From NCBI GenBank assembly GCA_002293685.1, contig DBDS01000006.1, positions 20,187 to 84,186 on the forward strand: a DNA stretch of 64,000 nt. Direction: 5' to 3'. Position 1 is the first letter of the stretch; the number at the start of each line of letters is the position of its first letter. The DNA is from Patescibacteria group bacterium UBA926 (lineage in GTDB: Bacteria; Patescibacteriota; Doudnabacteria; UBA920). The notes under the pieces were generated by a model. It searched no databases and was not told the origin of the DNA. It was given only the letters and a program-made list of their open reading frames with translations. The translations under genes and the position numbers were made by a program. This document shows, piece by piece, positions 8,754-17,180 of the stretch.

Positions 8754-9398
8754 ATGAATAGAATACAACAGCAACTTTTAGACCTCATCGCTAATAACGA
8801 GAACTTGGGCAAATTAAGCCTTAGGAAGATAGCAGAGCTGGTCGGAGCCAAAAACAAGCCCCAGACAGCCAAATACCACCTCCAGCAGCTTGAAAAGGAC
8901 GGCTTGATCCAAATGAACCTAGAAGAGGGGGTCATAAAGCTGGTTAAGAAAGGGTTTAATAAGGCTAATATCAGCCCAATATATTCGGTTCCAGTGGTTG
9001 GAGCCGCTAATTGTGGACCAGCAACCATATTTGCCGAGCAGAATATTGAGCAGTACCTAAAGGTGTCCTCCAAGTTGCTCCCAAGAAATAAAAGCGGTCT
9101 TTACTCGATTGTCGCTGACGGTCCTTCGATGAATAAAGCAGAAGTCGAACCGGGCAAGACTATCGAAAGTGGAGACTTTGTTCTGGTTGATAGCGAATAC
9201 ACTAACTACAAAAATGGCGACATTGTGGTTGCGGTCATAGACGGAATGGCGACTATTAAGCGGTACAGGTATGACAAGACGCATAACCGTATTGTTCTCG
9301 AAGCTGATTCCACCGAAAAATATTTGCCAATCTTTATACACCAAGGTGACGATTTTCTCCTGAGTGGAAAAGTCGTCGGCATTATCAAAAATAATTAA
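8754..9398 (+). CDS. LexA/CI-like repressor, HTH + peptidase S24
   Basis: N-terminal wHTH, ANCG cleavage site, GPSM catalytic Ser, TIKR catalytic Lys. Confidence 0.88.
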   Translation: MNRIQQQLLDLIANNENLGKLSLRKIAELVGAKNKPQTAKYHLQQLEKDGLIQMNLEEGVIKLVKKGFNKANISPIYSVPVVGAANCGPATIFAEQNIEQYLKVSSKLLPRNKSGLYSIVADGPSMNKAEVEPGKTIESGDFVLVDSEYTNYKNGDIVVAVIDGMATIKRYRYDKTHNRIVLEADSTEKYLPIFIHQGDDFLLSGKVVGIIKNN

Positions 9399-9409
9399 GT
9401 ACTAAACTA

Positions 9410-9781
9410 ATGAAAAGAATATTTATAGCGTTTGCGATTGAAGATGTCCGATCTAGAGATTTTTTAGTTGGACAGGCAAAAAATGACAATTCACCATTTG
9501 AATTTGTGGACATGTCTGTAAAAAAACCTTGGGAAACAGACTGGGAAGCGAAATGTCGAGTAAAAATCAGAGGTTGTGATGGTATGATTGCGCTGATAAG
9601 CAAGTATACCCCGACTGCTACCGGAGAGTTATTCGAAATAACTACGGCAGAGGAAGAAAAAGTTCCTACTATGTTAATGTATTCAAGTAGTGATAGGCCA
9701 TCCTTACCTTACCCACTCAACAAAAGGCTTGTAAACATCTGGAGCTGGCCTAATATTAAGTCATTTCTTAATCGATTATAA
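9410..9781 (+). CDS. TIR-domain protein (ThsB-like)
   Basis: RIFIAF...FVDMSVKKPW...KIRGCDG.IAL...ELFEI (catalytic Glu position). Confidence 0.82.
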   Translation: MKRIFIAFAIEDVRSRDFLVGQAKNDNSPFEFVDMSVKKPWETDWEAKCRVKIRGCDGMIALISKYTPTATGELFEITTAEEEKVPTMLMYSSSDRPSLPYPLNKRLVNIWSWPNIKSFLNRL

Positions 9782-9782
9782 A

Positions 9783-10724
9783 ATGAGAAAAGCACTTGTA
9801 ATTGGAATTAATGATTATCCTGCCGCCCCATTGACTGGGTGCATTAACGATGCGTCTGCTTTTGCGAACACAATAGAAAAAAATGGAGACGGCTCTCCAA
9901 ATTTTTCAGTAAGACTGGAAACTGATGTACCTACCAAAGCCCAGCTTAAAACCATGATTAAAGAGTTGTTTGATGGTCCTAATGATATATCGTTGCTATA
10001 CTTCTCTGGACATGGTTTTTTAAACGAACTTGGCGGATATATTGTTACGCCGGATTATCAGGAGAATGACGAAGGGGTTTCAATGGATGAAATTTTGACT
10101 ATTGCAAATCAGTCAAAAGCAAAAGATAAAGTTATTATCCTAGACTGTTGTCACTCTGGCGTTTTTGGCTCACCTGCTTTATCAGGCAATGTTTCCGCTC
10201 AGATTTTTGAAGGCGTTGTAGTTTTAACAGCAAGTCGTCCGACCGAAAGCGCAATCGAAGTAAATGGTCACGGAATTTTTACAAATTTATTAATCGATGC
10301 ATTACAGGGAGGAGCTGCGGATCTACGAGGTCACATAACTCCTGGTAGTGTATACGCATATATTGATCAGGCATTAGGAGCTTGGGACCAGAGGCCTGTA
10401 TTTAAAACGAATGTGACTCGATTTACTTCTTTGCGTACTGTAACTCCGCAAGTTCCTACGGAGGTTCTTAGAAAAATAACTGAATACTTTCCTACTGCAG
10501 AGGAAGAGCATGCATTGGATCCTACATACGAATTTGATAATAAAGAAATAGCTATTCCTGAAAAAGTTGCCATAATGAAGGACTTGCAAAAATTTGTCAG
10601 TATAGGATTGGTAGTACCTGTTGGGGAAGAACATATGTACTATGCTGCGCAAAATTCTAAATCTTGCAAGTTGACTGCACTTGGCTATCACTATTGGCGT
10701 TTAGTTAAGGAAAATAAGCTTTAG
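9783..10724 (+). CDS. Caspase-family (peptidase C14) effector, type IV Thoeris-like
   Basis: KALVIGIN.Y, FSGHG and LDCCHSG His/Cys dyad, C-terminal extension; starts 2 nt after the TIR stop. Confidence 0.88.
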   Translation: MRKALVIGINDYPAAPLTGCINDASAFANTIEKNGDGSPNFSVRLETDVPTKAQLKTMIKELFDGPNDISLLYFSGHGFLNELGGYIVTPDYQENDEGVSMDEILTIANQSKAKDKVIILDCCHSGVFGSPALSGNVSAQIFEGVVVLTASRPTESAIEVNGHGIFTNLLIDALQGGAADLRGHITPGSVYAYIDQALGAWDQRPVFKTNVTRFTSLRTVTPQVPTEVLRKITEYFPTAEEEHALDPTYEFDNKEIAIPEKVAIMKDLQKFVSIGLVVPVGEEHMYYAAQNSKSCKLTALGYHYWRLVKENKL

Positions 10725-10730
10725 AAAGAA

Positions 10731-10758
10731 ATATAGTTACACGCCCGTGTAACTATAT
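10731..10758. repeat. Perfect 13-bp inverted repeat with 2-bp spacer (candidate att/crossover site)
   Basis: ATATAGTTACACG-CC-CGTGTAACTATAT. Confidence 0.75.
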
Positions 10759-10830
10759 AACCCTAATCTGTGTCACTTTTGTCATTTTTTGAAGGTGCTC
10801 GAGACCCGTCGATTCTGTTATAATAAAAAC

Positions 10831-10954
10831 ACTTAGAAAAGCCTTACAGGGCTTGACCGAACCACGGTTCTAGCTCGAAGAGGCCAGCCACAAGACTTTT
10901 TTATCGTGTGACCTAGATGGGTCAATAAAGATCGCCTGATGGGCGATTTTTTTT
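10831..10954 (+). ncRNA. Candidate ~120-nt small RNA
   Basis: Extended -10 TGtTATAAT (10816-10824), short hairpins, terminator ATCGCCT-gat-GGGCGAT-T7; no ORF in track. Confidence 0.45.
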
Positions 10955-11023
10955 GTTATTTCAATTTTTTCGAATGAGCGCAACTTTTAACTTAATCTCT
11001 GATAAAAATGGTATAATAAAATT

Positions 11024-12433
11024 ATGAGAATTATGAAGTACTTAGCATTATTTTTGCTATCCATATCTTTTAGTATCCCTCAACTAGCCGTTGCTGCTGA
11101 CCCACCAATTCTTCATCTGAAATTCGATGACGGAACTGGAACTGCACCGATTGATAGTAGTGCCAACAATGTCACCACTTCATTCACAGCCACACAACCA
11201 ACTTGGTCGGAAACCGTTGCTCCCGTGGCCTTTAGCAACCCTTATTCACTTGATTTTACAGGTTTAAATGATGGTGTGAACGTTGCTTGGCCAACTGAAT
11301 TAGATTTCGCCAGCACTGATCCGCGTACTTTTTCCTTTTGGTACAGGCCAACAGCTAATGGTGAAGGGCAGTATTCAAGAATTATCAGCTGGAGTAATGA
11401 CCGTTTGGAAATTGCAGGCACAGAAGCCGGACCAACCACACACAAGATTACATACTTTGACGGGAATTGGCACGCTACAGACATTACTTTAACTTTGAAT
11501 ACTTGGTATCACGTTACTTTCACTTATGATGGAACAACCGCTAAGTTTTATATTGGTGATGAGTTGCAAGACGAGCACCCATTAGCTGGCCGTTCATTAA
11601 GTGGAACATTAATGATTGGTAATAGAGTTCAAGATGGTAATGAAGGTATAAATGGACAGATTGATGACGTTCGGATTTATGATTATGCGCTCAACGAAAC
11701 TCAAGTAGCTAATCTTGCTGCTGGTTCAAATGACCCTGATTCTGCACCAGATACAACTCCACCGATTATCTCTTCTTTAACGGCAAACAGCATTACCAGC
11801 TCAGGAGCTACTATTACTTGGACTACTGATGACCCTTCTTCCACAAAAGTTATATACTCTATAGATACTTCCTACGGAAATTCCACCTCGGAAACTAACA
11901 CTGTTACTAGGGTGACTAGTCACTCTACCAACCTTACAGGTTTGTTAGCTTGCACGACTTATAATTATAAGGCCGTCTCGGTTAATGCGGCTAGTGGTTC
12001 AACTACATCTTCTGCTAGTAGTTTTACCACCACTGGCTGTGCTTCAAGAAGTAGCAGTGGTTCAATTGTGGCGAAATTCGTTTGTAAAGATGCCTCTGCG
12101 CTTAACTATTCTAACTTCGGTAGGCATAATCAGGATTTATGTAAGTATCAGACTGTCTCAACTTTGCTCATAACCCCAATAGCCAGTCCTGTAAGCATTG
12201 TTAGGAATTTATTCTATGGTGTAAGCGGGGAAGATGTTAAGAAGCTACAATCAGTACTTATCGGCGAAGGTTTTACTATCCCTGCTGGTGTAACTGGATT
12301 CTTCTATTCGCAGACTCAATCTGCTTTGCGTGAGTTTCAAAAAAAGCACGGTATTACTCCGTCCATCGGTTACTTTGGTCCTATTACTCGAGAAAAAATG
12401 AAGTCTTTGAACATTAATGGTCTTTGGTGGTGA
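11024..12433 (+). CDS. Secreted LamG + fibronectin III + peptidoglycan-binding domain protein
   Basis: Signal peptide; W.HV..TYDG...NGQIDDVRIYD.AL (LamG); ATITWTTD (FN3); G.DVKKLQ..L...T..AL..FQ...GYFGP.TR (PG-binding). Confidence 0.85.
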   Translation: MRIMKYLALFLLSISFSIPQLAVAADPPILHLKFDDGTGTAPIDSSANNVTTSFTATQPTWSETVAPVAFSNPYSLDFTGLNDGVNVAWPTELDFASTDPRTFSFWYRPTANGEGQYSRIISWSNDRLEIAGTEAGPTTHKITYFDGNWHATDITLTLNTWYHVTFTYDGTTAKFYIGDELQDEHPLAGRSLSGTLMIGNRVQDGNEGINGQIDDVRIYDYALNETQVANLAAGSNDPDSAPDTTPPIISSLTANSITSSGATITWTTDDPSSTKVIYSIDTSYGNSTSETNTVTRVTSHSTNLTGLLACTTYNYKAVSVNAASGSTTSSASSFTTTGCASRSSSGSIVAKFVCKDASALNYSNFGRHNQDLCKYQTVSTLLITPIASPVSIVRNLFYGVSGEDVKKLQSVLIGEGFTIPAGVTGFFYSQTQSALREFQKKHGITPSIGYFGPITREKMKSLNINGLWW

Positions 12434-12515
12434 GGTAAGCACTATATTTTGATTTCAGCAGGTTGTTCATCAAAGATTCCTGCTCATTCCTAGGTTCGAA
12501 TCCTAGTACCTTACC
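12434..12515 (+). pseudogene. Degenerate tRNA-Gln-like remnant with inserted hairpin
   Basis: Perfect T-arm CTAGG-TTCGAAT-CCTAG (12490-12506) preceded by CATTC; GGTAAGCAC..TTTTGAT resembles the tRNA-Gln(UUG) D/anticodon region; no intact 5' acceptor, no CCA. Confidence 0.45.
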
Positions 12516-12593
12516 GTATTAGGGTGCACTAATACCGTCATAACTGAGAAATATAAAATCGCCGAGCAGGCGGTTTTTTGTTATCATAAACAT

Positions 12594-12947
12594 ATGGACA
12601 AACATCGAATCTACAAAGTGTCTTTCGCGAGTGTGTACCCGTATTATATTGCGAAGGCTGAAAAGAAGGGACGCACCAAAGCAGAAGTCGACGAAATAAT
12701 TCGCTGGCTCACTGGGTATACTCAAAAAGCATTCGAAACTCAACTTAAAAAAGAAACTGATTTTGAAACCTTTTTCAAAAAAGCTCCCAAGAAAAATCCG
12801 AAACGCAAACTTATCAAAGGAGTAATTTGTGGTGTGCGAGTTGAAGAAATCCAAGAACCAATTATGAAAGAGATTCGATACCTTGATAAATTAGTCGATG
12901 AACTTGTAAAAGGTAAAACAATGGAAAAGATTTTTCGAGAAAGATAA
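12594..12947 (+). CDS. DUF2200 family protein
   Basis: [26 protein letters not shown]...[11 protein letters not shown]...[11 protein letters not shown]. Confidence 0.9.
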   Translation: MDKHRIYKVSFASVYPYYIAKAEKKGRTKAEVDEIIRWLTGYTQKAFETQLKKETDFETFFKKAPKKNPKRKLIKGVICGVRVEEIQEPIMKEIRYLDKLVDELVKGKTMEKIFRER

Positions 12948-12962
12948 AATTTATTTACTAAA

Positions 12963-13538
12963 ATGAAAAACAAACTCGATTTATATAATATCAATTCAAT
13001 CAGACCTTTCGTTAGAAATATACTTAAGTACAAAAAGTCTGGAAGTGTTTTGGATTTGGGAAGTGCCGCAGGTCGTCATTCTTTGTTTTTAGCAAAGAAA
13101 GGATTTACTGTTACCGCAGTTGAAATTAGTAGTGAGTTTACGGCCGCGCTAAAAGAAATAGTTCGATTGCAAAAACTTAAAGTCAAGGTAGTTATCGGTG
13201 ACGTAACTAAATTCACACCAAAAAAGAAATACGATGTAATAATCTCCACAATGGTCTTACATTTCCTACCTTATCAAATTCAGTCTAAGCAAATTGAATT
13301 AATGCAATCTAATACAAAACGCAATGGACTAAATGTAATTTCTTCATATTCAGATAAAAATAAAGATGGCATCAGACCTTATCCGCTGATGAAAGATAAG
13401 ATTAAGGATGCTTATGAAGGTGCAGGGTGGAAAATTTTACATCATCATGTGGGACGCGGCACTCATGTTATTGACCCCCGTACTGGAAAAAAGGGCTCAG
13501 GTTTTTGGAAAGAGGAATTGATCGCCCAGAAAGTTTAA
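12963..13538 (+). CDS. Class I SAM-dependent methyltransferase (TehB-like)
   Basis: VLDLGSAAGRHSLFLAKKGF.VTAVE, YDVI.ST.VLHFL. Confidence 0.8.
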   Translation: MKNKLDLYNINSIRPFVRNILKYKKSGSVLDLGSAAGRHSLFLAKKGFTVTAVEISSEFTAALKEIVRLQKLKVKVVIGDVTKFTPKKKYDVIISTMVLHFLPYQIQSKQIELMQSNTKRNGLNVISSYSDKNKDGIRPYPLMKDKIKDAYEGAGWKILHHHVGRGTHVIDPRTGKKGSGFWKEELIAQKV

Positions 13539-13560
13539 TTTTTGTATAATTTAAATTATT

Positions 13561-13851
13561 ATGATGCTATTAAGCAACTACTTACGTATACTTCTCATAG
13601 TTGGAGCCATCTTACTTATCCCGTTATTTGGTAATCTGTTTATAGACGGCTGGAACTGGTCACCGATGGGTTTTGTTTTTGCGGGAGCATTATTATACAT
13701 CACAGGTTTAGTAATTGATTTTGCTAGAAGAAAAATCGCTAATCCCACTAACAGAATTATTGCTATAATATTGATAGTCTTGGCTTTTTTGGCGTTTTGG
13801 TCGGAGCTTGCTGTTGATGCTGTGTCCCAAACTCTTAAGATAATCTTTTAA
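13561..13851 (+). CDS. Small 3-TM membrane protein
   Basis: LLIPL...WNWS..F..AG.L...W.ELAV pattern. Confidence 0.7.
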   Translation: MMLLSNYLRILLIVGAILLIPLFGNLFIDGWNWSPMGFVFAGALLYITGLVIDFARRKIANPTNRIIAIILIVLAFLAFWSELAVDAVSQTLKIIF

Positions 13852-13871
13852 AAATAATTAACAAAAAACAT

Positions 13872-14312
13872 ATGGCACAAGTTAGTACGTATTTAAATTT
13901 CAATCGCAATTGCGAAGAAGCCTTTAATTTTTATAAATCAATCTTTGGGGGAGAGTTCGATGAACCAGGTTTTATGCGGTATGAAGGAGTTCCGGTTGAG
14001 GACGGTCAACCAGTACTTCCAGAAGATGAGAAAAACTTAGTAATGAACGTTGGTTTAAAAATTTTAGGCGATCATTTGATTATGGGGTCAGATGTTAGTG
14101 AGGCTATGGGTATGACCTATGTTCCCGGTAATCACATGTACATTACACTCCAGCCAGATTCTCGCGCTGAGTCAGACCGTTTGTTCGCGGCACTATCCGA
14201 AGGCGGTAAAGTTGAAATGCCAATGCAAGACATGTTTTGGGGAGATTATTATGGCTCCCTCACAGATAAATTTGGTATCGGTTGGATGATAAATTGTTCA
14301 AGCAAAGAATAA
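13872..14312 (+). CDS. VOC/glyoxalase family protein (PhnB-like)
   Basis: YLNF..NCEEAFNFY...LSEGG.V.MPMQDMFWG..YG.LTDKFGI.WM. Confidence 0.9.
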   Translation: MAQVSTYLNFNRNCEEAFNFYKSIFGGEFDEPGFMRYEGVPVEDGQPVLPEDEKNLVMNVGLKILGDHLIMGSDVSEAMGMTYVPGNHMYITLQPDSRAESDRLFAALSEGGKVEMPMQDMFWGDYYGSLTDKFGIGWMINCSSKE

Positions 14313-14363
14313 ATTATAACCGTCTGTGGCTTTTCATAGGCGGTATATTGTTATGCTTAAATT

Positions 14364-15089
14364 ATGAAAAATAAACTATACAATGAGCTCGCAAAATACT
14401 ACGACCTTATATATTCAAACAAACCATATTCAGAAGATGTAAAATACCAAAACAGTCTAATTAAAAAATACAAGAAATCAAAAGGCAAAGATTTTTTGGA
14501 GGTAGCGTGCGGGACAGGACGCTATCTAGAGATTTATGAAAAAAAGTATGATTGTGTAGGAATCGATCTGAATGAAGGCATGCTCAGTGTTGCAAAAAAG
14601 AGAGTAAAGAAGGCCAAACTTTTGCAAGGGAACATGATTGATTTTAAATTGAATAAGCAGTTTGATGTCATAGTTTGCTTATTTAGTTCTATCGGTTATA
14701 TTCACAAGATTAGTGATTTGAACAAGACAGTTCAGAACTTTGCAGACCATCTTAAGCCAGGCGGTGTAATAATAATTTCTCCCTGGTTATCGAAGAAAGC
14801 TTATAAAGCCGGAACTGTTTATTTAGGAACATACAGAGATGAAAAAATCAGTCTCGCCAGAATGACAACTACTAAGCTAATCAAGAAGAATATTTCAGTT
14901 TTAAATTATAAGTGGATGATTGGTGAAAAAAATAAAGAGATTAGAATTATTGAAAATGACCGTCACGAATTAGCTATGCATGATAAGCAGGACTATCTAA
15001 AAGCATTTCAGAAGGCAGGACTAACAGGTAAATTCATACTCAATAATCCCGAGGGTCGAGGATTGTACGTGGCAACTAAAAAAAGCTAG
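14364..15089 (+). CDS. Class I SAM-dependent methyltransferase
   Basis: LEVACGTG, FDVIVCLFSSIGY, HLKPGG. Confidence 0.88.
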   Translation: MKNKLYNELAKYYDLIYSNKPYSEDVKYQNSLIKKYKKSKGKDFLEVACGTGRYLEIYEKKYDCVGIDLNEGMLSVAKKRVKKAKLLQGNMIDFKLNKQFDVIVCLFSSIGYIHKISDLNKTVQNFADHLKPGGVIIISPWLSKKAYKAGTVYLGTYRDEKISLARMTTTKLIKKNISVLNYKWMIGEKNKEIRIIENDRHELAMHDKQDYLKAFQKAGLTGKFILNNPEGRGLYVATKKS

Positions 15090-15159
15090 AACAGCTTCCC
15101 GTGATTATGGGGAGGTTTTTATATGATATAATTACAGATATCATTATTTTAACCATTTT

Positions 15160-15771
15160 ATGAAAAATCTTCATGAAGCTTTAGAGCGTTATCGTGCAGT
15201 GGCAATCTTTGTTGCTTTAGTTGCTTTGGTCTCAGTGTTATTTATCTCAATTTGTTATTCGGCAAGAACTGTTTTCCGTCAGCAAGCTAATGACCCTCAA
15301 ATTGAAGTCACAGAACAAGTAGCGGGAATTGTCCGCCAGGGCGTACCAATCGATGCAATCGTTAGTAGCGCAGAACAAATTGACTTGAACTCTAGCAAGG
15401 CATTGTTCGTGATGATTTTCGACAACGAGCGATCTTTGGCTGGATCTTCTGCACAACTTAATGGAGAAGCTCCTTCAGTTCCTTCTGAAGTGTTCGATAA
15501 AACAAACGAGATGGGTGAGTATCGATTTGATTTCGAACCATCTGAAAGCTTAAAGTTCGCTGGAGTAATGAAGAAAATTGATGATAGCGCTTACGTATTA
15601 GCGGGTCGTTCACTTTCTGAGATGGAAACTAGGGCAGCTGCTCTCGAACAACCATTATGGATTGGTTGGATAATTTCAGTGTTACTATCTTTATTACTTA
15701 CTGCATTACTTAGACCAAGCACAAACATCGCAATTGTAGAAGAAACAAATGTGACTGTAATCGAAGATTAA
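15160..15771 (+). CDS. 2-TM protein with an extracytoplasmic sensor-like domain
   Basis: TM-RQQANDPQI...YVLAGRSL.E.E-TM; no kinase domain. Confidence 0.65.
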   Translation: MKNLHEALERYRAVAIFVALVALVSVLFISICYSARTVFRQQANDPQIEVTEQVAGIVRQGVPIDAIVSSAEQIDLNSSKALFVMIFDNERSLAGSSAQLNGEAPSVPSEVFDKTNEMGEYRFDFEPSESLKFAGVMKKIDDSAYVLAGRSLSEMETRAAALEQPLWIGWIISVLLSLLLTALLRPSTNIAIVEETNVTVIED

Positions 15772-15789
15772 AGTTAACTTTCATTTCGC

Positions 15790-16251
15790 ATGACAAAACG
15801 GCGACTTCGAATCATTGAGTTCTTAATCATCGGAATTGGTCTCGGTGTGTTTGAAGATTTACTAGCTATTGTTTTAGCTACAGACGCAACAATCAATTTT
15901 CAAATATTATTGGGTGTTGTTGCCGTAGCTGTACCGTTTGCGTTTATAAGTGAAGTGATTGTGGATCACCCAAAATTTTGGGAGAAGATAATCCCGGGTC
16001 TAGCTAGACGAAACGAAGACGCTGTTTCAAAAAAGCGATTGCGAATCCTTGAATTTCTTGTTGTAGGTATTGGTATGGGAATCACGGAAGATTTACTAGC
16101 TGTTCATTTAGCAACAGGCACAAGTCTTAGTGCCGACGTTCTAATTATAGTAGTCGCAGTTGCAATTCCGTTTGCGTTCATTAGCGAGATGGTTGTTGAT
16201 CATCCACGTTTTTGGCAAAATATCTTTCCGAAGCTTAAAAAAATTGCATAA
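15790..16251 (+). CDS. Membrane protein built from two homologous halves
   Basis: RLRI.EFL..GIG.G..EDLLA...VA.PFAFISE..VDHP.FW occurs twice. Confidence 0.75.
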   Translation: MTKRRLRIIEFLIIGIGLGVFEDLLAIVLATDATINFQILLGVVAVAVPFAFISEVIVDHPKFWEKIIPGLARRNEDAVSKKRLRILEFLVVGIGMGITEDLLAVHLATGTSLSADVLIIVVAVAIPFAFISEMVVDHPRFWQNIFPKLKKIA

Positions 16252-16259
16252 TCCTTTTC

Positions 16260-16503
16260 TGTCATCCCCGGACCTCTAAATATTTATTTATGTCATCCCC
16301 GGCGCCGTAGGCAACCGGGGATCTTTCATAAAACAAAAGATCCCGGATAGCCCTTCGGGCTTCCGGGATGACATTTGTGTGTGTCGGGCTTCCGGGATGA
16401 CATTTGTGTGTGTCGGGCTTCCGGGATGACATTTGTGTGTGTCGGGCTTCATCCCTTCGTTCGTCGTTGGTTGACTTCGGAGGGCTTCCGGGATGACATT
16501 TGT
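16260..16503. repeat. REP-like palindromic element (TGTCATCCCCGG...CCGGGATGACA) with 29-bp tandem amplification
   Basis: Full element 16291-16373; unit TCGGGCTTCCGGGATGACATTTGTGTGTG at 16355, 16384, 16413, partial at 16442; another arm at 16482. Confidence 0.85.
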
Positions 16504-16536
16504 ATTATTTGCGGAATTGCAAATCGGTGTTTTAGT

Positions 16537-17049
16537 TTATTCTTCTGAATGAGCTGCGCGAGTTTTTTCGATATATTCTAGTGCTTTATCTGCGCCTTCG
16601 AATTCTCCAACTGTGACTTCCTTATTTTGTAAGAGCTTGTAGGTCTCAAAGAAATTCTTGATTTCTTTAGGGGAGTGTTCTGGTAGTTCACTCATTGATT
16701 TCACATGCTCGAATCGTGGGTCTTCAGTTGGGACAGCAAGTACTTTGTTGTCGATTTCACCACCGTCATTCATGTTCATGAAACCGATTGCGCGAGCTTC
16801 AACAACTGAACCCGGGTGAATCGGATTGGTAGAGAATAACAACACATCTGTGTGGTCGCCATCGTCCGCGCGAGTTTCTGGAATAAATCCATAGTTAGCA
16901 GGGAAGCGTTGTGCTGAATAGAGTACGCGGTCTAGTTTGATAACATCAAGCTCTTCATCGTATTCGTACTTATCTTGACTACCTTGTGAAATTTCGATAA
17001 TCACATTAAATTTTTCTGGTTTACCAAACGGTACATTTTTTAAACCCAT
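16537..17049 (-). CDS. ppa: Inorganic pyrophosphatase (family I)
   Basis: KYEYD...LDRVL...P.NYGFIP.T..DDGD..DV...D..EID.K...FFE.YK. Confidence 0.95.
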   Translation of the reverse strand: MGLKNVPFGKPEKFNVIIEISQGSQDKYEYDEELDVIKLDRVLYSAQRFPANYGFIPETRADDGDHTDVLLFSTNPIHPGSVVEARAIGFMNMNDGGEIDNKVLAVPTEDPRFEHVKSMSELPEHSPKEIKNFFETYKLLQNKEVTVGEFEGADKALEYIEKTRAAHSEE

Positions 17050-17180
17050 ATTACTCCTAAGTCCAAATTGGACATCACTGATTATGCGCTAATTATACTG
17101 AGGAAATGAGTGATAAGCAAGAGCAGTGTTCTCCACCAAGATAAGGGATGGCTTGTGCTTAAGTTTGCTATAATTCAGTT

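Larger units (their letters stand above)
3488..10758. mobile_element. Integrated phage-related element (serine recombinase + packaging module + repressor + defence cargo); left boundary not defined
   Basis: Co-oriented recombinase/TerL/TerS-like/ParB-MTase block, divergent S24 repressor, TIR-caspase cargo, terminal 13-2-13 palindrome. Confidence 0.7.

Noticed and set aside
3488-10758. Complete prophage
   Set aside because: No portal, capsid, tail, lysis or replication genes in the window
16355-16450. CRISPR array
   Set aside because: Units are identical head-to-tail with no unique spacers, and no cas genes are in the window
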